Below are positions 1-10,321 of a stretch of 64,000 nt of DNA, piece after piece. The translations under genes were made by a program, and so were the position numbers. The notes below the pieces were generated by a model. That model did no database searches. It worked only from the letters and a program-made list of their open reading frames with translations, and had not been told where the DNA came from. The DNA is from Kiritimatiellia bacterium (GTDB lineage Bacteria; Verrucomicrobiota; Kiritimatiellia; JAAZAB01): assembly GCA_040767085.1 (NCBI GenBank), contig JAXGPF010000006.1, positions 160,001-224,000 on the forward strand, written 5' to 3'. Positions within the stretch are counted from its first letter, which is position 1; every line of letters starts with the position of its first letter.

Positions 1-990
1 GTTCTGCACGGTGCCGCCGCACACCGCCACACCGCCGCCGACGCCATAAGCATTGTTGTTGCTGATGATGCAGTCTTCCACCAGGGCATTCGCCCAAAGG
101 CGCACTCCGGCGCCCCCGCGATTGCTGCTGCGCGAGGGACTAATGCTGGTGTTGCCGTAAACCAGGCAGCCGCGCGCAATGGCATTGGTTATCTCCAGTC
201 CGCCGCCTGAACTTGCGGTATTATTCAGGATTTCAACATTGGCAATGCTTGGTCCATTAATAGCATAAACTCCTCCGCCAACACTCAGGGCGGTGTTGCC
301 GGCTACGACACAGCCTGTCACTATACCGGCGCCATCGGCGTAAACTCCGCCCGCTGACAAAATCGCAAGGTTATTGCTCACAAGGGTATTCGCCATGATC
401 CCATCCGGTCCGACCATCGCCCCGCCGCCGTGGGCGTAGTGGGTCATATTGGTGGCGATTACGCAGTTGGTAACCAGGCCTTGCCGGACATATACTCCGC
501 CGCCATACGCCGCCTGGTTGCTGATGACCAGGCAGTCGTCCAGGGTGGCGTTGGTGACAAACACCCCGCCGCCGTAGCCCGCATAGGTCGAACCGGAGAC
601 GTAGCCCCGGGTGATGGTGAACCCGCGCAGCACGGTTTGCGCATGCTCCAGCCAGAAACAGCGGTTGGTGGAATTGGGATAATTGCCGTCCACCACCGTG
701 CCGTCCCGGTCCAGGGCGCCATTATTCCAGCTCCGCACCGTCATCGGCGCGCTGATTGCCACCTCGTTGGTCAGATAATACGTGCCGTTGGAGACCCAGA
801 CATTGGTCCAGCTCTGCGCCGCCGCCGCATCCACCGCTGCCTGGATATTGGTCGCGGCGGTCGCCCAACTGGCGTAGGGCGGATCGTTCAGCGGGTCCAC
901 CACGCGCGTCCCGGGTTCCACCACATGGCTGACCTGCGCCGCCGCCAGGCCGGCCGATAAAAACGTCATAACCATTATCTTGAATTGCAT
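1..990 (-). CDS. Secreted parallel beta-helix (GGG-repeat) protein, 3' end outside the window
   Basis: Not in the ORF track because it has no stop in the window. Manual translation from ATG at 990 (GGAGGG upstream) gives MQFKIMVMTFLSAGLAAAQVSHVV...SWATAATNIQAAVD...VWVSNGTY...FTITRG...YGGGV...CLVISNQAAYGGGVY. Same architecture as 22451-24349. Confidence 0.85.
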   Translation of the reverse strand, partial: MQFKIMVMTFLSAGLAAAQVSHVVEPGTRVVDPLNDPPYASWATAATNIQAAVDAAAAQSWTNVWVSNGTYYLTNEVAISAPMTVRSWNNGALDRDGTVVDGNYPNSTNRCFWLEHAQTVLRGFTITRGYVSGSTYAGYGGGVFVTNATLDDCLVISNQAAYGGGVYVRQGLVTNCVIATNMTHYAHGGGAMVGPDGIMANTLVSNNLAILSAGGVYADGAGIVTGCVVAGNTALSVGGGVYAINGPSIANVEILNNTASSGGGLEITNAIARGCLVYGNTSISPSRSSNRGGAGVRLWANALVEDCIISNNNAYGVGGGVAVCGGTVQN

Positions 991-1027
991 AATACCCCTC
1001 CGTTTTATGCCACAGGTACCTTGCGCT

Positions 1028-2344
1028 TTATTTTAAGGTTGCCTCCACCATTTGCCAACTCTGGGTCGGAAAATATTTTTCGCGCACGCAAACCGGTGTT
1101 TTTTTGCGGGGCGTGACAATAATCCTGTAAGAAAACTCCCGGCGCACCGGCTGGTTGGCCGCCTCTCCGGCGGTCTCTTCCCATTCATCCAGCAGCAATG
1201 CCCCCGGCTCGCCGCGCCCGGGCGTCATCCCGGCGGCGCCGGTCATGGCTGTGCGGACGATCCGGTCATCCTGTTCGCACCGAAACTCGATTTGGGCATT
1301 TTCCACGGCTTTGCCGTGCAAGTCAACCGCTTTCAGCGCCACATGCCGGCTGGATACCGCGCGGATGCTCTCGGGAACATCGCTGGCGCTGACCGTGGTG
1401 CGCCGCGCCCCGACGCGCGCATGATGCACCGTAAAGACCGCATTCGTCCGCGCCGCGTACCGGTTGCCCTTGCGCGGGGTGCCGACTTCGCAGTCAACCA
1501 GGTAAATGTTGCCGGCCTGCAAGTCCCAGTTGGCGTCATTTTCCTCGAACCGGCATTCGGTCAGGGTAGCGTTCAACGGGTAACGCGACGAATCGCCGAA
1601 GACGGTTTTCAATCCCCGGAATGTCGTCCCGTGCATGGCCTGGCTGCCCCAGCCGAACGCCATGCGGCTATCGGAAAACACACAGTCTTCAATCGAACTG
1701 TTGCCGGCATTTACGCCGTAACCGATCGTCCCGTTCACCCCGGCGATGGCGGCCGATTTCAGGACAATCCGGTCCAGGTAAAGATAGAGGTGGCTGCCGA
1801 TGGGGCGCGCCGGATCGGCGGAGGCAATGGCACCGTGATACACATGCAACTCTCCGCCGGTAGTCCGCCCGGGCGCCATGGTGTTGCCGCGGTAATACGC
1901 GCCGGCGCGCAGCGTGCCAGCCTTGCCGGCGCCGCTGTCAAAAAGCACCCGGGGCTGGATTTCCGGATTGTCCGGGCAGCCAATGGTCAGGCGGTTGACG
2001 CGTTGTCTGCCGGGCGGGTAAATCACCAGGTCGCCCTGCACGATCAGGCTGGCGCGGGGATGGCCGGGGCCGCCCAGTTGGAAATAGGTGTCGGGCCCAT
2101 CGTCGCGCCCGATCCAGAGGTTGGCTTTGACGGTGCAGGTGTCGTTCGACCGGTCATAAGACACCAGGCCCCATTTGTTCAGTTGCTCGGCAAACATCAA
2201 CTGGCGCGGACCCGCCGGCAGATCGGACGTATAATCGTAAAGCCAGACGGCGTGGTCTGCCTGGTTATAGATGCAAACAGCGCCGGCCGGCGGCGCGGCG
2301 GTCAGCAGCAAACTGCACATGAGCGCAAAAATTAAACGTTTCAC
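1028..2344 (-). CDS. Secreted ~430-aa beta-helix-like protein of unknown family (paralogue 1 of 3)
   Basis: Signal peptide; central CxFxxNxxNW beta-helix-like repeats; shares IGxxDGxxTYxQxG, NRLxxG, TPGR and SWQ motifs with 17664-18956 and 24364-25662. Confidence 0.8.
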   Translation of the reverse strand: MKRLIFALMCSLLLTAAPPAGAVCIYNQADHAVWLYDYTSDLPAGPRQLMFAEQLNKWGLVSYDRSNDTCTVKANLWIGRDDGPDTYFQLGGPGHPRASLIVQGDLVIYPPGRQRVNRLTIGCPDNPEIQPRVLFDSGAGKAGTLRAGAYYRGNTMAPGRTTGGELHVYHGAIASADPARPIGSHLYLYLDRIVLKSAAIAGVNGTIGYGVNAGNSSIEDCVFSDSRMAFGWGSQAMHGTTFRGLKTVFGDSSRYPLNATLTECRFEENDANWDLQAGNIYLVDCEVGTPRKGNRYAARTNAVFTVHHARVGARRTTVSASDVPESIRAVSSRHVALKAVDLHGKAVENAQIEFRCEQDDRIVRTAMTGAAGMTPGRGEPGALLLDEWEETAGEAANQPVRREFSYRIIVTPRKKTPVCVREKYFPTQSWQMVEATLK

Positions 2345-2383
2345 GAGGTGTTGTCCGATTCCTTACACTCCGTCTGGTTGCAT

Positions 2384-2522
2384 CAGGTTCAACGGTTGTC
2401 AGGTTCAACGGTTGTTTGAGGTTAAATGTGAGCTTACCTTAGAACTTCCATTAACCGCTGCACCTTTGAACCTCAATTCGCCCCCTCTTCCCTTTTGCCC
2501 CTTTGCCCCTCTGCCCCTTTTG
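2384..2522. repeat. Intergenic short-period repeats
   Basis: CAGGTTCAACGGTTGT twice in tandem (2384-2415), followed by about five imperfect 8-nt GCCCCT(C/T)T units (2481-2522). Confidence 0.75.
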
Positions 2523-2525
2523 GCA

Positions 2526-5500
2526 TTACGGCGCAAATTCCGTCGGCTCGGCGCCCAGCTCGAATTGCATGGCGTCCACCCAGACGCAGGCGCCCGGATT
2601 AGTCGCAGCCACCGACAAGCCGTAACTGTTATGCCGGTGCGCATGGCGCGGCATGGTCAGGGGCACATGGTAGCGCTGCCATTCCGTGGTCGGGGTAAAA
2701 GTCGCCGCTTGATTCGGAATCCCGTTACCGCTTAAACGCACCGTCACCCCCGGGCGGTCGGCGCGCATCCAGGCCGACCAGACATACGGCGTCGGCCGGT
2801 CATGTTGGGGGCAGAGTTTGAAATAAGTATAACCGCCGCGAATGCGGTATGCATATTTGCCATGGTAAGCCTGTGCGGCATCCAACTCAAAGTTGGCGCT
2901 TTCACGCCCGGCGCGCTGCCTGGGATATGTCGGCGCGCTATGGGCGCCCAAAAACCAGTAGTCCGGGAATCCCGGCAGGGTATTTTCTTCGAATGACGGG
3001 TTGGGCATGATGTTTTTGATGCCCGCCTCCGGAATCCGCGTTTCCGCCTTTTCGGGAACATAATCCGCCTTCAGGGGCGTCTGGGCAACGGTCACGGTCA
3101 ATTCCTGCCCGGCATCCGCGCGTTCATCCACCAGGTAAATCCGGCGGCCGAACGGCTCGATGGTGTCGCTGAATGCGCCATCCTTCACGGCAAAGGTTTC
3201 CGGCCCGAATTGCCGGCGAATTTGGCTGGCCGGGCCGGCAAACGGCAGGGAGAACGACGCCTGGACCGGCCAGGGCCGGCTGTTAACGGCCAAAAGGGCG
3301 TAGCCGCCCGCCGGATTGCGGCGCAACGCCGCATGCACATCGGGCATTTTCATGCCGATCACATCCACGTCCAATCCTGCGTATGCCACCTTGTGCTCCG
3401 GCACCGGGGTGGTGATCAAAGGATAAATCGCGCGGATTTCCCGGCCGAGTTCGCGCATCATATCCCAGGTCGCCTGGTGCATGGCGGGATAAACGAAATA
3501 AAACACGCCGCTGCATTCATACAAGATCGCCAGGTAAGTCTGCGCGCGCTGCTCCGCGGGTAGGTGATGCCGCTTGTAATGCCCGGAATACATTTCCAGC
3601 ACCGGGGTCTGCCAGACCGGCTTGCGGTCAATCCGGCCGCGCGCAGTTAAATCGGCCGTCTCGCGCGCCACCCAGTTGGGCGAATCGCGGCCGGCGCCAA
3701 CCGGCGGGGCCCAGTAAGGATCGCGGGCATGGATATCGCTCCAGTCGGTGTATTTTTCTTCGTAGGGCGGCATGCCGGAATTCCACAATACGCGCATGGG
3801 ATGATACCCATCGGTTTCGTTGGCCAGGCGGTATAATTTCCGGCCTTCGGCATATTGGTCAAAGTAACTGTCCAGCAGCGGCTCGTCAAACGATTCGTAT
3901 GCCATCAGGGCCGGGTGGTCTTTCACCGCCTCGATGCCGGCGCGGATGACCGGCGCGGCCTGGTCGAAGATGTCGGCGTGAATCCGGTTGCGTTCCGGAC
4001 GCGACCACCTGGATTTCATCAATCCGCCTTTAAGGTATGTAAATCCAGACCAGCCGTTCAGTCCTGCTGGCAACTTGGGCTGGAACCCGGCTTTGCTGCC
4101 GGCGAATGACAGGGGGATCGCCACCATGTGCATATTGTATTGGCCGACTTTATCCAAGGCCTCCAAGGTTGCCTCCACCGTGCCCGGCGCCGCCCAGTAC
4201 ATGATCGAATTGAATCCCGCCTCGGCAATTTCCCGGTAATTTTCATCGTTGAAAACATTGCGATTCCAACCGCCCATCAAGATGCCGTAGGCGAAGTAGG
4301 GCTGGCCGTTGTCCAGCAGCATCCGGATTTTCCGGTCTATTTTCCATTCCCGGCCCGGCTTGGGCGGACGCTTGACCAGATCCAATGCCTGATCCGCGAT
4401 CAACGCGCCGGACGCCTGCCGGAATTCCACCTTGACCTGGTGGCTGCCGTCGGCAATGCCTGCCAGCGAAAAGGCGCATTCCGTATGCGGTTTGACCGCT
4501 TTGGTTTCTCCCAGTATTTTGCCATCCGAGGTGGTTACCGCCAGGCTGGTGTGCTCCAGCCCCGTCTCCGGCAGGCCGATCCGGCAGACGACTTCCGCCT
4601 GCTCTTCGGTCGTGTAATAATTCCGGTCCAGGTAAGCGCTGAACAAATCCAGCGCCGGCGGATTTTCGATCAGGATCCGGTCCAGAATCTCGCCCTCGAC
4701 CCCCGCGAGTTCCACTTCAATATTCCGGCGGACTACCGAGCGCACCGGCATGGCCAGGTCGAATTCCGCATCCGCCCCGCCGGCCAGGTCCAACTCCAAC
4801 TCCGTCACGGCTGGCGCGCCCGCGACGGGCGCGTCTTTCACCCGCAACGACACCTTCCCGGCGCGGCTGCTATAATTGCGCGCCAGCCCCATGACCCGGT
4901 ATTGATTCTTGCCGTCCGCAAATTCGTAGCCGCTGATCTCGGTCTTTTCCAGCCGCGGCAGAAACGGCGCCTCGAAAGCGGCGTCCGCCAGCCCCGCCAC
5001 GGCGATGAACCGGTCGGGCGTGGTCCACCAGGCAGCCGGCGTGGCCGCCCAGGCGGCCACTTCGCGTTCCTTCCCGATTTCCACCCCGTATGGATCGAGG
5101 ATGGGCGTGAAAATATGCGCCAGCAGATTAATCCGGGCTTTCCCCGGCTCGCCCAGTTCCATCAGCAAGGCAAACGGCAGGGCGATTTCCGCCTGCCAGC
5201 CGGTGTCGGTGATGCTGGCAGCCGACCGCCACGGGATGCTCCAGGCGGTCTGCAATCCGCCTTGCGCCGAATTCCGCTGCTCGGAGCGGACATTCCCGCA
5301 ACTCAGGCGGAAGTGATACCACATTTTGCCGTCCGTCCCGGGATCGAATCCGACCTTGACGCAATTCTCCCGCTGCACCGGATCGTCCCGGTGCCTGTAC
5401 ACCGGCACAACCGTCAGCGGCAGCGGATGCGCGATATCAAACCCGATGTACAGCCACGCGTTATCCCGCATCAGCCGGGCCGTGACATTGGTCATGCGGA

Positions 5501-5702
5501 TTTGGCCGCCGCCCGCGTCGATGCGGACGAAATCGGCGACGGCCAGCGCCGGCCCCCAGGCCGGGTCGTCCAGGCTGCCATCCATCCGCGGCGGCTGCTC
5601 GCATACCGGAATCACCGGCGGCGCCGGCTCGGCGTTGGCCATTGCCCAGCCCAGCGTAATCATCAACGTAGCCATACCCAGTTTTTTAGCCCATGCCTGC
5701 AT
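2526..5702 (-). CDS. Large secreted CBM9-like + putative glycoside hydrolase TIM barrel + C-terminal CBM-like protein (paralogue 1 of 4)
   Basis: Signal peptide; PxxDGxLDDxxW and WxAExAxP CBM9-like motifs; YESFDEP and DPYW core motifs; NPSFEE...DAMQFE C-terminal domain. Start taken as MQAW at 5702; the ORF track extends to 5723. Confidence 0.8.
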   Translation of the reverse strand: MQAWAKKLGMATLMITLGWAMANAEPAPPVIPVCEQPPRMDGSLDDPAWGPALAVADFVRIDAGGGQIRMTNVTARLMRDNAWLYIGFDIAHPLPLTVVPVYRHRDDPVQRENCVKVGFDPGTDGKMWYHFRLSCGNVRSEQRNSAQGGLQTAWSIPWRSAASITDTGWQAEIALPFALLMELGEPGKARINLLAHIFTPILDPYGVEIGKEREVAAWAATPAAWWTTPDRFIAVAGLADAAFEAPFLPRLEKTEISGYEFADGKNQYRVMGLARNYSSRAGKVSLRVKDAPVAGAPAVTELELDLAGGADAEFDLAMPVRSVVRRNIEVELAGVEGEILDRILIENPPALDLFSAYLDRNYYTTEEQAEVVCRIGLPETGLEHTSLAVTTSDGKILGETKAVKPHTECAFSLAGIADGSHQVKVEFRQASGALIADQALDLVKRPPKPGREWKIDRKIRMLLDNGQPYFAYGILMGGWNRNVFNDENYREIAEAGFNSIMYWAAPGTVEATLEALDKVGQYNMHMVAIPLSFAGSKAGFQPKLPAGLNGWSGFTYLKGGLMKSRWSRPERNRIHADIFDQAAPVIRAGIEAVKDHPALMAYESFDEPLLDSYFDQYAEGRKLYRLANETDGYHPMRVLWNSGMPPYEEKYTDWSDIHARDPYWAPPVGAGRDSPNWVARETADLTARGRIDRKPVWQTPVLEMYSGHYKRHHLPAEQRAQTYLAILYECSGVFYFVYPAMHQATWDMMRELGREIRAIYPLITTPVPEHKVAYAGLDVDVIGMKMPDVHAALRRNPAGGYALLAVNSRPWPVQASFSLPFAGPASQIRRQFGPETFAVKDGAFSDTIEPFGRRIYLVDERADAGQELTVTVAQTPLKADYVPEKAETRIPEAGIKNIMPNPSFEENTLPGFPDYWFLGAHSAPTYPRQRAGRESANFELDAAQAYHGKYAYRIRGGYTYFKLCPQHDRPTPYVWSAWMRADRPGVTVRLSGNGIPNQAATFTPTTEWQRYHVPLTMPRHAHRHNSYGLSVAATNPGACVWVDAMQFELGAEPTEFAP

Positions 5703-5823
5703 AATATAACCTCTTGAATTCACATTAATGGCATCCCAGTATTCTTGACATTAAACATTTTGACGGGAAAGCAAGTCAACTACATTATTACATTCTGAAT
5801 TCTGACTCCTGCATACGGAATTC

Positions 5824-5845
5824 TTTTAAAACGTGAATTTTGAAA
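5824..5845. repeat. TTTCAAAA-N6-TTTTGAAA-type palindrome, degenerate copy
   Basis: TTTTAAAACGTGAATTTTGAAA, matching 35301-35322 at 20 of 22 positions; both copies are preceded by GAATTC. Confidence 0.7.
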
Positions 5846-5867
5846 TTTGCCAGGCCGGTATTACATA

Positions 5868-7112
5868 TCATAACGCCACCCGGTAGCGGTAGCAATCGGA
5901 AGTGAAATCCTCCCAGTCGGTGCGAGGCTGTTCCGGCAGGGTTAACACGATTTCCCCGCTGAACCGGTCTTCATAAAAGCCAAAGTTGGTGTAACGGCGC
6001 GGCCGCGCCGATTGGGCGGCCGGCCAATCGGGCGGCAGGGTGTCAATCACCGCGACAGTCGCGCGCCGCAACTGGCCGCGTTCCGGGAGCAACTCGGCCA
6101 GGCACAGGGGATAACGCGGCCCGGAATTGTACGTGGGCTGATCCAGGATGTTGCCGATCCAGTAATAACGCCGGGTGCGGGATGACCGGATAATGCCGGC
6201 ATAGGATGACGGGCTCCATACCGGCTGACCATCCTCATAAGTCAGCGGTTGGGGTTCGGAGAAAGTGTGTCCGCCATCGCCGGAGATCACCCAGAATTTC
6301 AGGCTGGGAAAGGTTTTGCCTTGCCGATCTCCGCAACAACGCAGCGAAATAAAAATACGGCCGTCATCTAGCAAGACCGGCGCGGGTTCGCAGCAGCCCT
6401 GGGACGACTTGTCCGGCGGCACGCTGATGTATTCCGAAAAAGCCCATTCCAAGCCGGACAAGTCCGACTGCCAGCGGCCATGCAGCAATCCGCTCTGGTA
6501 CCCCAAACCGTCAAAAAGCTGTAAGACCACCGACTGGAGCACCACGCCGCCGGGAGTTTTTAAGGTCGGCCCGACGCCGTACAGTCCGCCGGTCTGACCG
6601 TAATGCAGGCGCGGGCCCCAGTGGCCGGCGTCGTATTCCGCGCCGGCGCAGATTACCTGCCGGGGCGAACCCCAATGCCGGCCGGCATCGCGGGACACCT
6701 GGTAAAACATGCGGCGGGCGCGGCCGGTGCACCCGGCGTCGGAAAACGATTCGGCATGCGCCAGGGCGGCGCTGATGGTGGTGGACATGTAAAAACGGAC
6801 CAGCGCCCCATTGTCGGGATCGCGGAAATAGTGCGGATCGTATATGCGTTCCCCTTCCACGTGATTCATTGGCTGGCGGAGGGGAGTGCCGGACATCTCC
6901 CACGTTGCGCCGTTATCGGGAGAAATGCGCGCATAGATTTCCGGCCGGTAATAACTCATCATGGGAAACGGCCGGGGCCCGGTATGCCGGGCTTCCAGCG
7001 CCACGGTCTCAATCAGTTCCGGGCCATCGGCCTGCGTATAGGCCTGGCCGCCGGCATAAACCGACACACCGGCGCGCGGCGCGGCTATGTACAATTCTTT
7101 TTGGATTTTCAT
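5868..7112 (-). CDS. Sialidase-like (Asp-box/BNR) beta-propeller protein
   Basis: Three Asp boxes: SPDNGATW, SRDAGRHW, SGDGGHTF. Also CEP and PRYPL motifs. No signal peptide. The start overlaps the upstream stop (ATGA). Confidence 0.75.
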   Translation of the reverse strand: MKIQKELYIAAPRAGVSVYAGGQAYTQADGPELIETVALEARHTGPRPFPMMSYYRPEIYARISPDNGATWEMSGTPLRQPMNHVEGERIYDPHYFRDPDNGALVRFYMSTTISAALAHAESFSDAGCTGRARRMFYQVSRDAGRHWGSPRQVICAGAEYDAGHWGPRLHYGQTGGLYGVGPTLKTPGGVVLQSVVLQLFDGLGYQSGLLHGRWQSDLSGLEWAFSEYISVPPDKSSQGCCEPAPVLLDDGRIFISLRCCGDRQGKTFPSLKFWVISGDGGHTFSEPQPLTYEDGQPVWSPSSYAGIIRSSRTRRYYWIGNILDQPTYNSGPRYPLCLAELLPERGQLRRATVAVIDTLPPDWPAAQSARPRRYTNFGFYEDRFSGEIVLTLPEQPRTDWEDFTSDCYRYRVAL

Positions 7113-10100
7113 TCTTCGAACTCCGTCGGCTCGTACCCTTGTTCCAGTTGTATTCCGTCAAACCAGGCCGTCCCGGGCGTGGTCAGGTAAATCATATACG
7201 CGGAAGCCTCATCCCGCAGGCTGAGCCGCGGCGGTATCGTCACCGGCATCCAATACCGCTGCCACTGGCCGGTCAAGGTGAATGTTTTGCCGTATGGTTC
7301 ATCCTTGGTGACGCCGCGGCCGCGCAGAATGATATTTTCGCCGCCCCGGGCGCCCCGGGCGTAAAACGACCAGACATACGGCGTTGGCCGCTCATGCTGG
7401 GGCGCGCAGTAGAATCCCATCTGGACATTGCCGCCGTCCGCCGGCCGCGTCAGTTTCAGGCATCTGCCGCCGAACCTGGCGACGCCGGGCAAAGCGTCCA
7501 CCTGCGCATCGAAAAACACATAATCGGCATGACCGGGGATGGTCTCATGGAAGCCCGGATTGGGAAATACGTTTTTGGTTGCCGGGCGCCAGTTGTTCGG
7601 CAAGGCGGCCGCCGCCGGCGGGATTTTTTCCGGGCGCAACACGGCAATGGTCAAGTCCGCCGGTTCGGACAAGCCCCGCCCCAGCCGGTAGGCGCGCACG
7701 GCGAAAGGCTCCAGGACTTCGCTGAACGCGCCATCTTGCACCGGCAGTTCGGCGTCGGCGAACACGCGCCGCGTCGGGCCGGACAAGCCGGCCAGCGTGA
7801 AGGTTGCGGTTACCGGATAGTACCGGCTGTTGGCGGCGATCAGCACCAGCCCGCCATCCTCCGGATCGCGGAAAATCCGTCCCTGCACATCGGGAAATTC
7901 ATCGCGCTCCGGCGCGAAAGCCGCCGCGGCATATTCCGCCGCGGGCGCCTGCGCCCGCAAGTGCCGGATAGTTTGCCGGACTTCCGGCTGGACCGCCATC
8001 GGCCCGATTTTTTTGACTAACGCCATGGAATCCGCCAGGCTTTGCCAGGCGTAATCGGAATGGACCAGCGAGGTGTAAGCGAACCAGAACAATCCTTTGG
8101 CGCCATGAATGATGGCCAGGAAATTCTGGCAGTGCTGTTCTTCGGCGGTTATAACGCGCTTGCTCCGGGTCATGCCGCTCCACAACGAACCTACCGGCAC
8201 GATCCAGACCGGCTGCCTGAATTTCCGCGCGCGCTGGTCGTTCCAATGCACGATCTTCGAGACAAAATTCGGCGTATTGCGTCCGGCAGTGGACGCATCG
8301 CCATCGGGAATCCAGTAGGGATCGGTGCAGAGGATATCGCCGCCGGTGAGATATTCGTCGCCCGGCGGGATATGGCTGGAATACAACAGCATCACGGGAT
8401 GGTAGCCGTCGGCAGCATGCGTCACCCGGCGCAGTTCGTCCAGGTACTTGGTGATATTGAAAAAACGGTTCTCGCACGGCTCATCAAAGGTATTGTAGGC
8501 CAGCAGGTTTGGATAGGTTTTCACGCTCGCGATCAACTCCCTGGTCAGCGGGATGTTTTTGTCGAAATACTCTCCAAACACCGCGGTCTTGTCCGGATGG
8601 GCGGCCCGGGATTCCATCAGCAGGCCGCGCATCGCCGTTGAACCGGAACGGCTGAACGACAAAATCCTCCGGGCCTCGGCCGCCGGCAAAAGCTTCTCAG
8701 GCAATGCCAACCCGGCGCTTCTCAGCGGCAGCCAGCCGGTCTCCAACTGCGAGACGACATACATCCCGTGTTTGGCGGCGGTCTCCAAAAAGGCATTGGC
8801 ATTGGTGGCCGGCAACGACCGGTTCCACTGGAAAAACGTGTTACAGCCGACATCGGCGATTTTTTTGAACGCCGCTTCGTCCGACGGCTTGACCCCGGCC
8901 ATGACCGGACCGAACGGAAAGATCGGATGGCCCTTGGGATCGAGCACCACCCGGTTGACCTGGTCAATCTTCCATTCCAGCCCCGGCTTGGGCGCAAGTT
9001 TGAGCAGTTCCAGTTCCACCGCGTAAAACGGCCGGCCATCTTCCCGCACCAGTGCGATTTGCACCGGATGCCGGCCAATCGCCAATTCCCCGATACCAAA
9101 CTCCAACCGGGTTTCAGCGGCGGCGGGCGCCCGGGCGGCGGACCGGCCGTCAACCTCGACCGACACCTGCATTCCCTGCAGGCTTTCCGCCGGCATGGCG
9201 ACAGCCGCCACGGCCCGGGCGGTTGTTTCGTCGGTGTAATAATTGCGGTCCAGCCAGCCGTCCATGATCTGCAAAACCGCGGGATTCCGCACCTGCCGCG
9301 TCTGCAGCACTTCGCCATCGGCGGCATTCCGCAGCTCAATCGTGATATCGCGCGCCGCGGGATTCGGCGCCGGGATCTCCAGCGTATGCCGCGCGGCTGC
9401 CATGCCGGACTGCCTGATGGTACGGAACACCGTTTGGGCCGCGCCGGCCGCCGGCTGGTCCGTCACCCTCAGTTCCATTTCGCCGGAACGGGTATTCGCG
9501 CCCCGCGTCTCGATTTCCACCGCGTAATAATTTTCGCCATCCTTCGTGAAATACGGCTTGACCTCCACCCGCTCCAGCGCGACCAGGAACGGCACCTGCA
9601 GCTTGCCCGGCTGCAGCGGGGCCAGGGCACCGAACGACTGGTGTTCGTGAAACGATTGGATCACAGGCCGCCAGACGCTGTGATGCATGATTTCGTGGGT
9701 GACGACCTTTTGGGCGTCCATGAACGGCTCGCGCCGGTTGCGCGTTATATTCAAGCGAATATTATTCAAATCGCCGTACTCGACGAACAGGTACAACGGG
9801 ATGGCCGCTTCCGCCGTCCACCCGTCATCCGTAACCGCTGCCGCCGAGCGCCAGGGCAGGTTCCAGGTTTCCCGCTGGCGCTCGCCTTCCAGAAAACGCT
9901 GCTCGGCCTTGACGTTGAAGCAGCTTAAAAGGAAATGATAATAGACCTTGCCGGCGCCGTCGGAATCGAAAAATATTTCAACTGATTCATCGGTATGGAC
10001 CGATCCGTCATGCTCCTGAACCTTGGGCGCCGCCACCAGATGCTGCAATGGATTGTCGCATTTTAACCCGATATACAGCCAGGTATCGTCATAGGCCAGC

Positions 10101-10321
10101 CGGACTTCCGTGTCATCCGCCCGGCGTTGACCCGGGTCTTTGTATAAATAAAAATCACCCAGAGGTTCCGCTTGCCGCCAGAAAGCCTCATCCAGCTTAC
10201 CGTCCAGCCGGGGCGGCGTTTCGATCTTTACCGCCGCGGCGTCCGGAACATCTCCGGCATAAGCCAGCGCGCCGGACACGGTCATGGCCGCCATTAAAAT
10301 TGCAGTCAGGTTTGATTTCAT
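7109..10321 (-). CDS. Large secreted CBM9-like + putative glycoside hydrolase + CBM-like protein (paralogue 2 of 4)
   Basis: Start MKSNLT at 10321 (GGAG RBS, ATGA overlap with the upstream gene, signal peptide). Motifs DESVEIFFD, YNTFDEP, DPYW, DGIQLEQG. Confidence 0.82.
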   Translation of the reverse strand: MKSNLTAILMAAMTVSGALAYAGDVPDAAAVKIETPPRLDGKLDEAFWRQAEPLGDFYLYKDPGQRRADDTEVRLAYDDTWLYIGLKCDNPLQHLVAAPKVQEHDGSVHTDESVEIFFDSDGAGKVYYHFLLSCFNVKAEQRFLEGERQRETWNLPWRSAAAVTDDGWTAEAAIPLYLFVEYGDLNNIRLNITRNRREPFMDAQKVVTHEIMHHSVWRPVIQSFHEHQSFGALAPLQPGKLQVPFLVALERVEVKPYFTKDGENYYAVEIETRGANTRSGEMELRVTDQPAAGAAQTVFRTIRQSGMAAARHTLEIPAPNPAARDITIELRNAADGEVLQTRQVRNPAVLQIMDGWLDRNYYTDETTARAVAAVAMPAESLQGMQVSVEVDGRSAARAPAAAETRLEFGIGELAIGRHPVQIALVREDGRPFYAVELELLKLAPKPGLEWKIDQVNRVVLDPKGHPIFPFGPVMAGVKPSDEAAFKKIADVGCNTFFQWNRSLPATNANAFLETAAKHGMYVVSQLETGWLPLRSAGLALPEKLLPAAEARRILSFSRSGSTAMRGLLMESRAAHPDKTAVFGEYFDKNIPLTRELIASVKTYPNLLAYNTFDEPCENRFFNITKYLDELRRVTHAADGYHPVMLLYSSHIPPGDEYLTGGDILCTDPYWIPDGDASTAGRNTPNFVSKIVHWNDQRARKFRQPVWIVPVGSLWSGMTRSKRVITAEEQHCQNFLAIIHGAKGLFWFAYTSLVHSDYAWQSLADSMALVKKIGPMAVQPEVRQTIRHLRAQAPAAEYAAAAFAPERDEFPDVQGRIFRDPEDGGLVLIAANSRYYPVTATFTLAGLSGPTRRVFADAELPVQDGAFSEVLEPFAVRAYRLGRGLSEPADLTIAVLRPEKIPPAAAALPNNWRPATKNVFPNPGFHETIPGHADYVFFDAQVDALPGVARFGGRCLKLTRPADGGNVQMGFYCAPQHERPTPYVWSFYARGARGGENIILRGRGVTKDEPYGKTFTLTGQWQRYWMPVTIPPRLSLRDEASAYMIYLTTPGTAWFDGIQLEQGYEPTEFEE

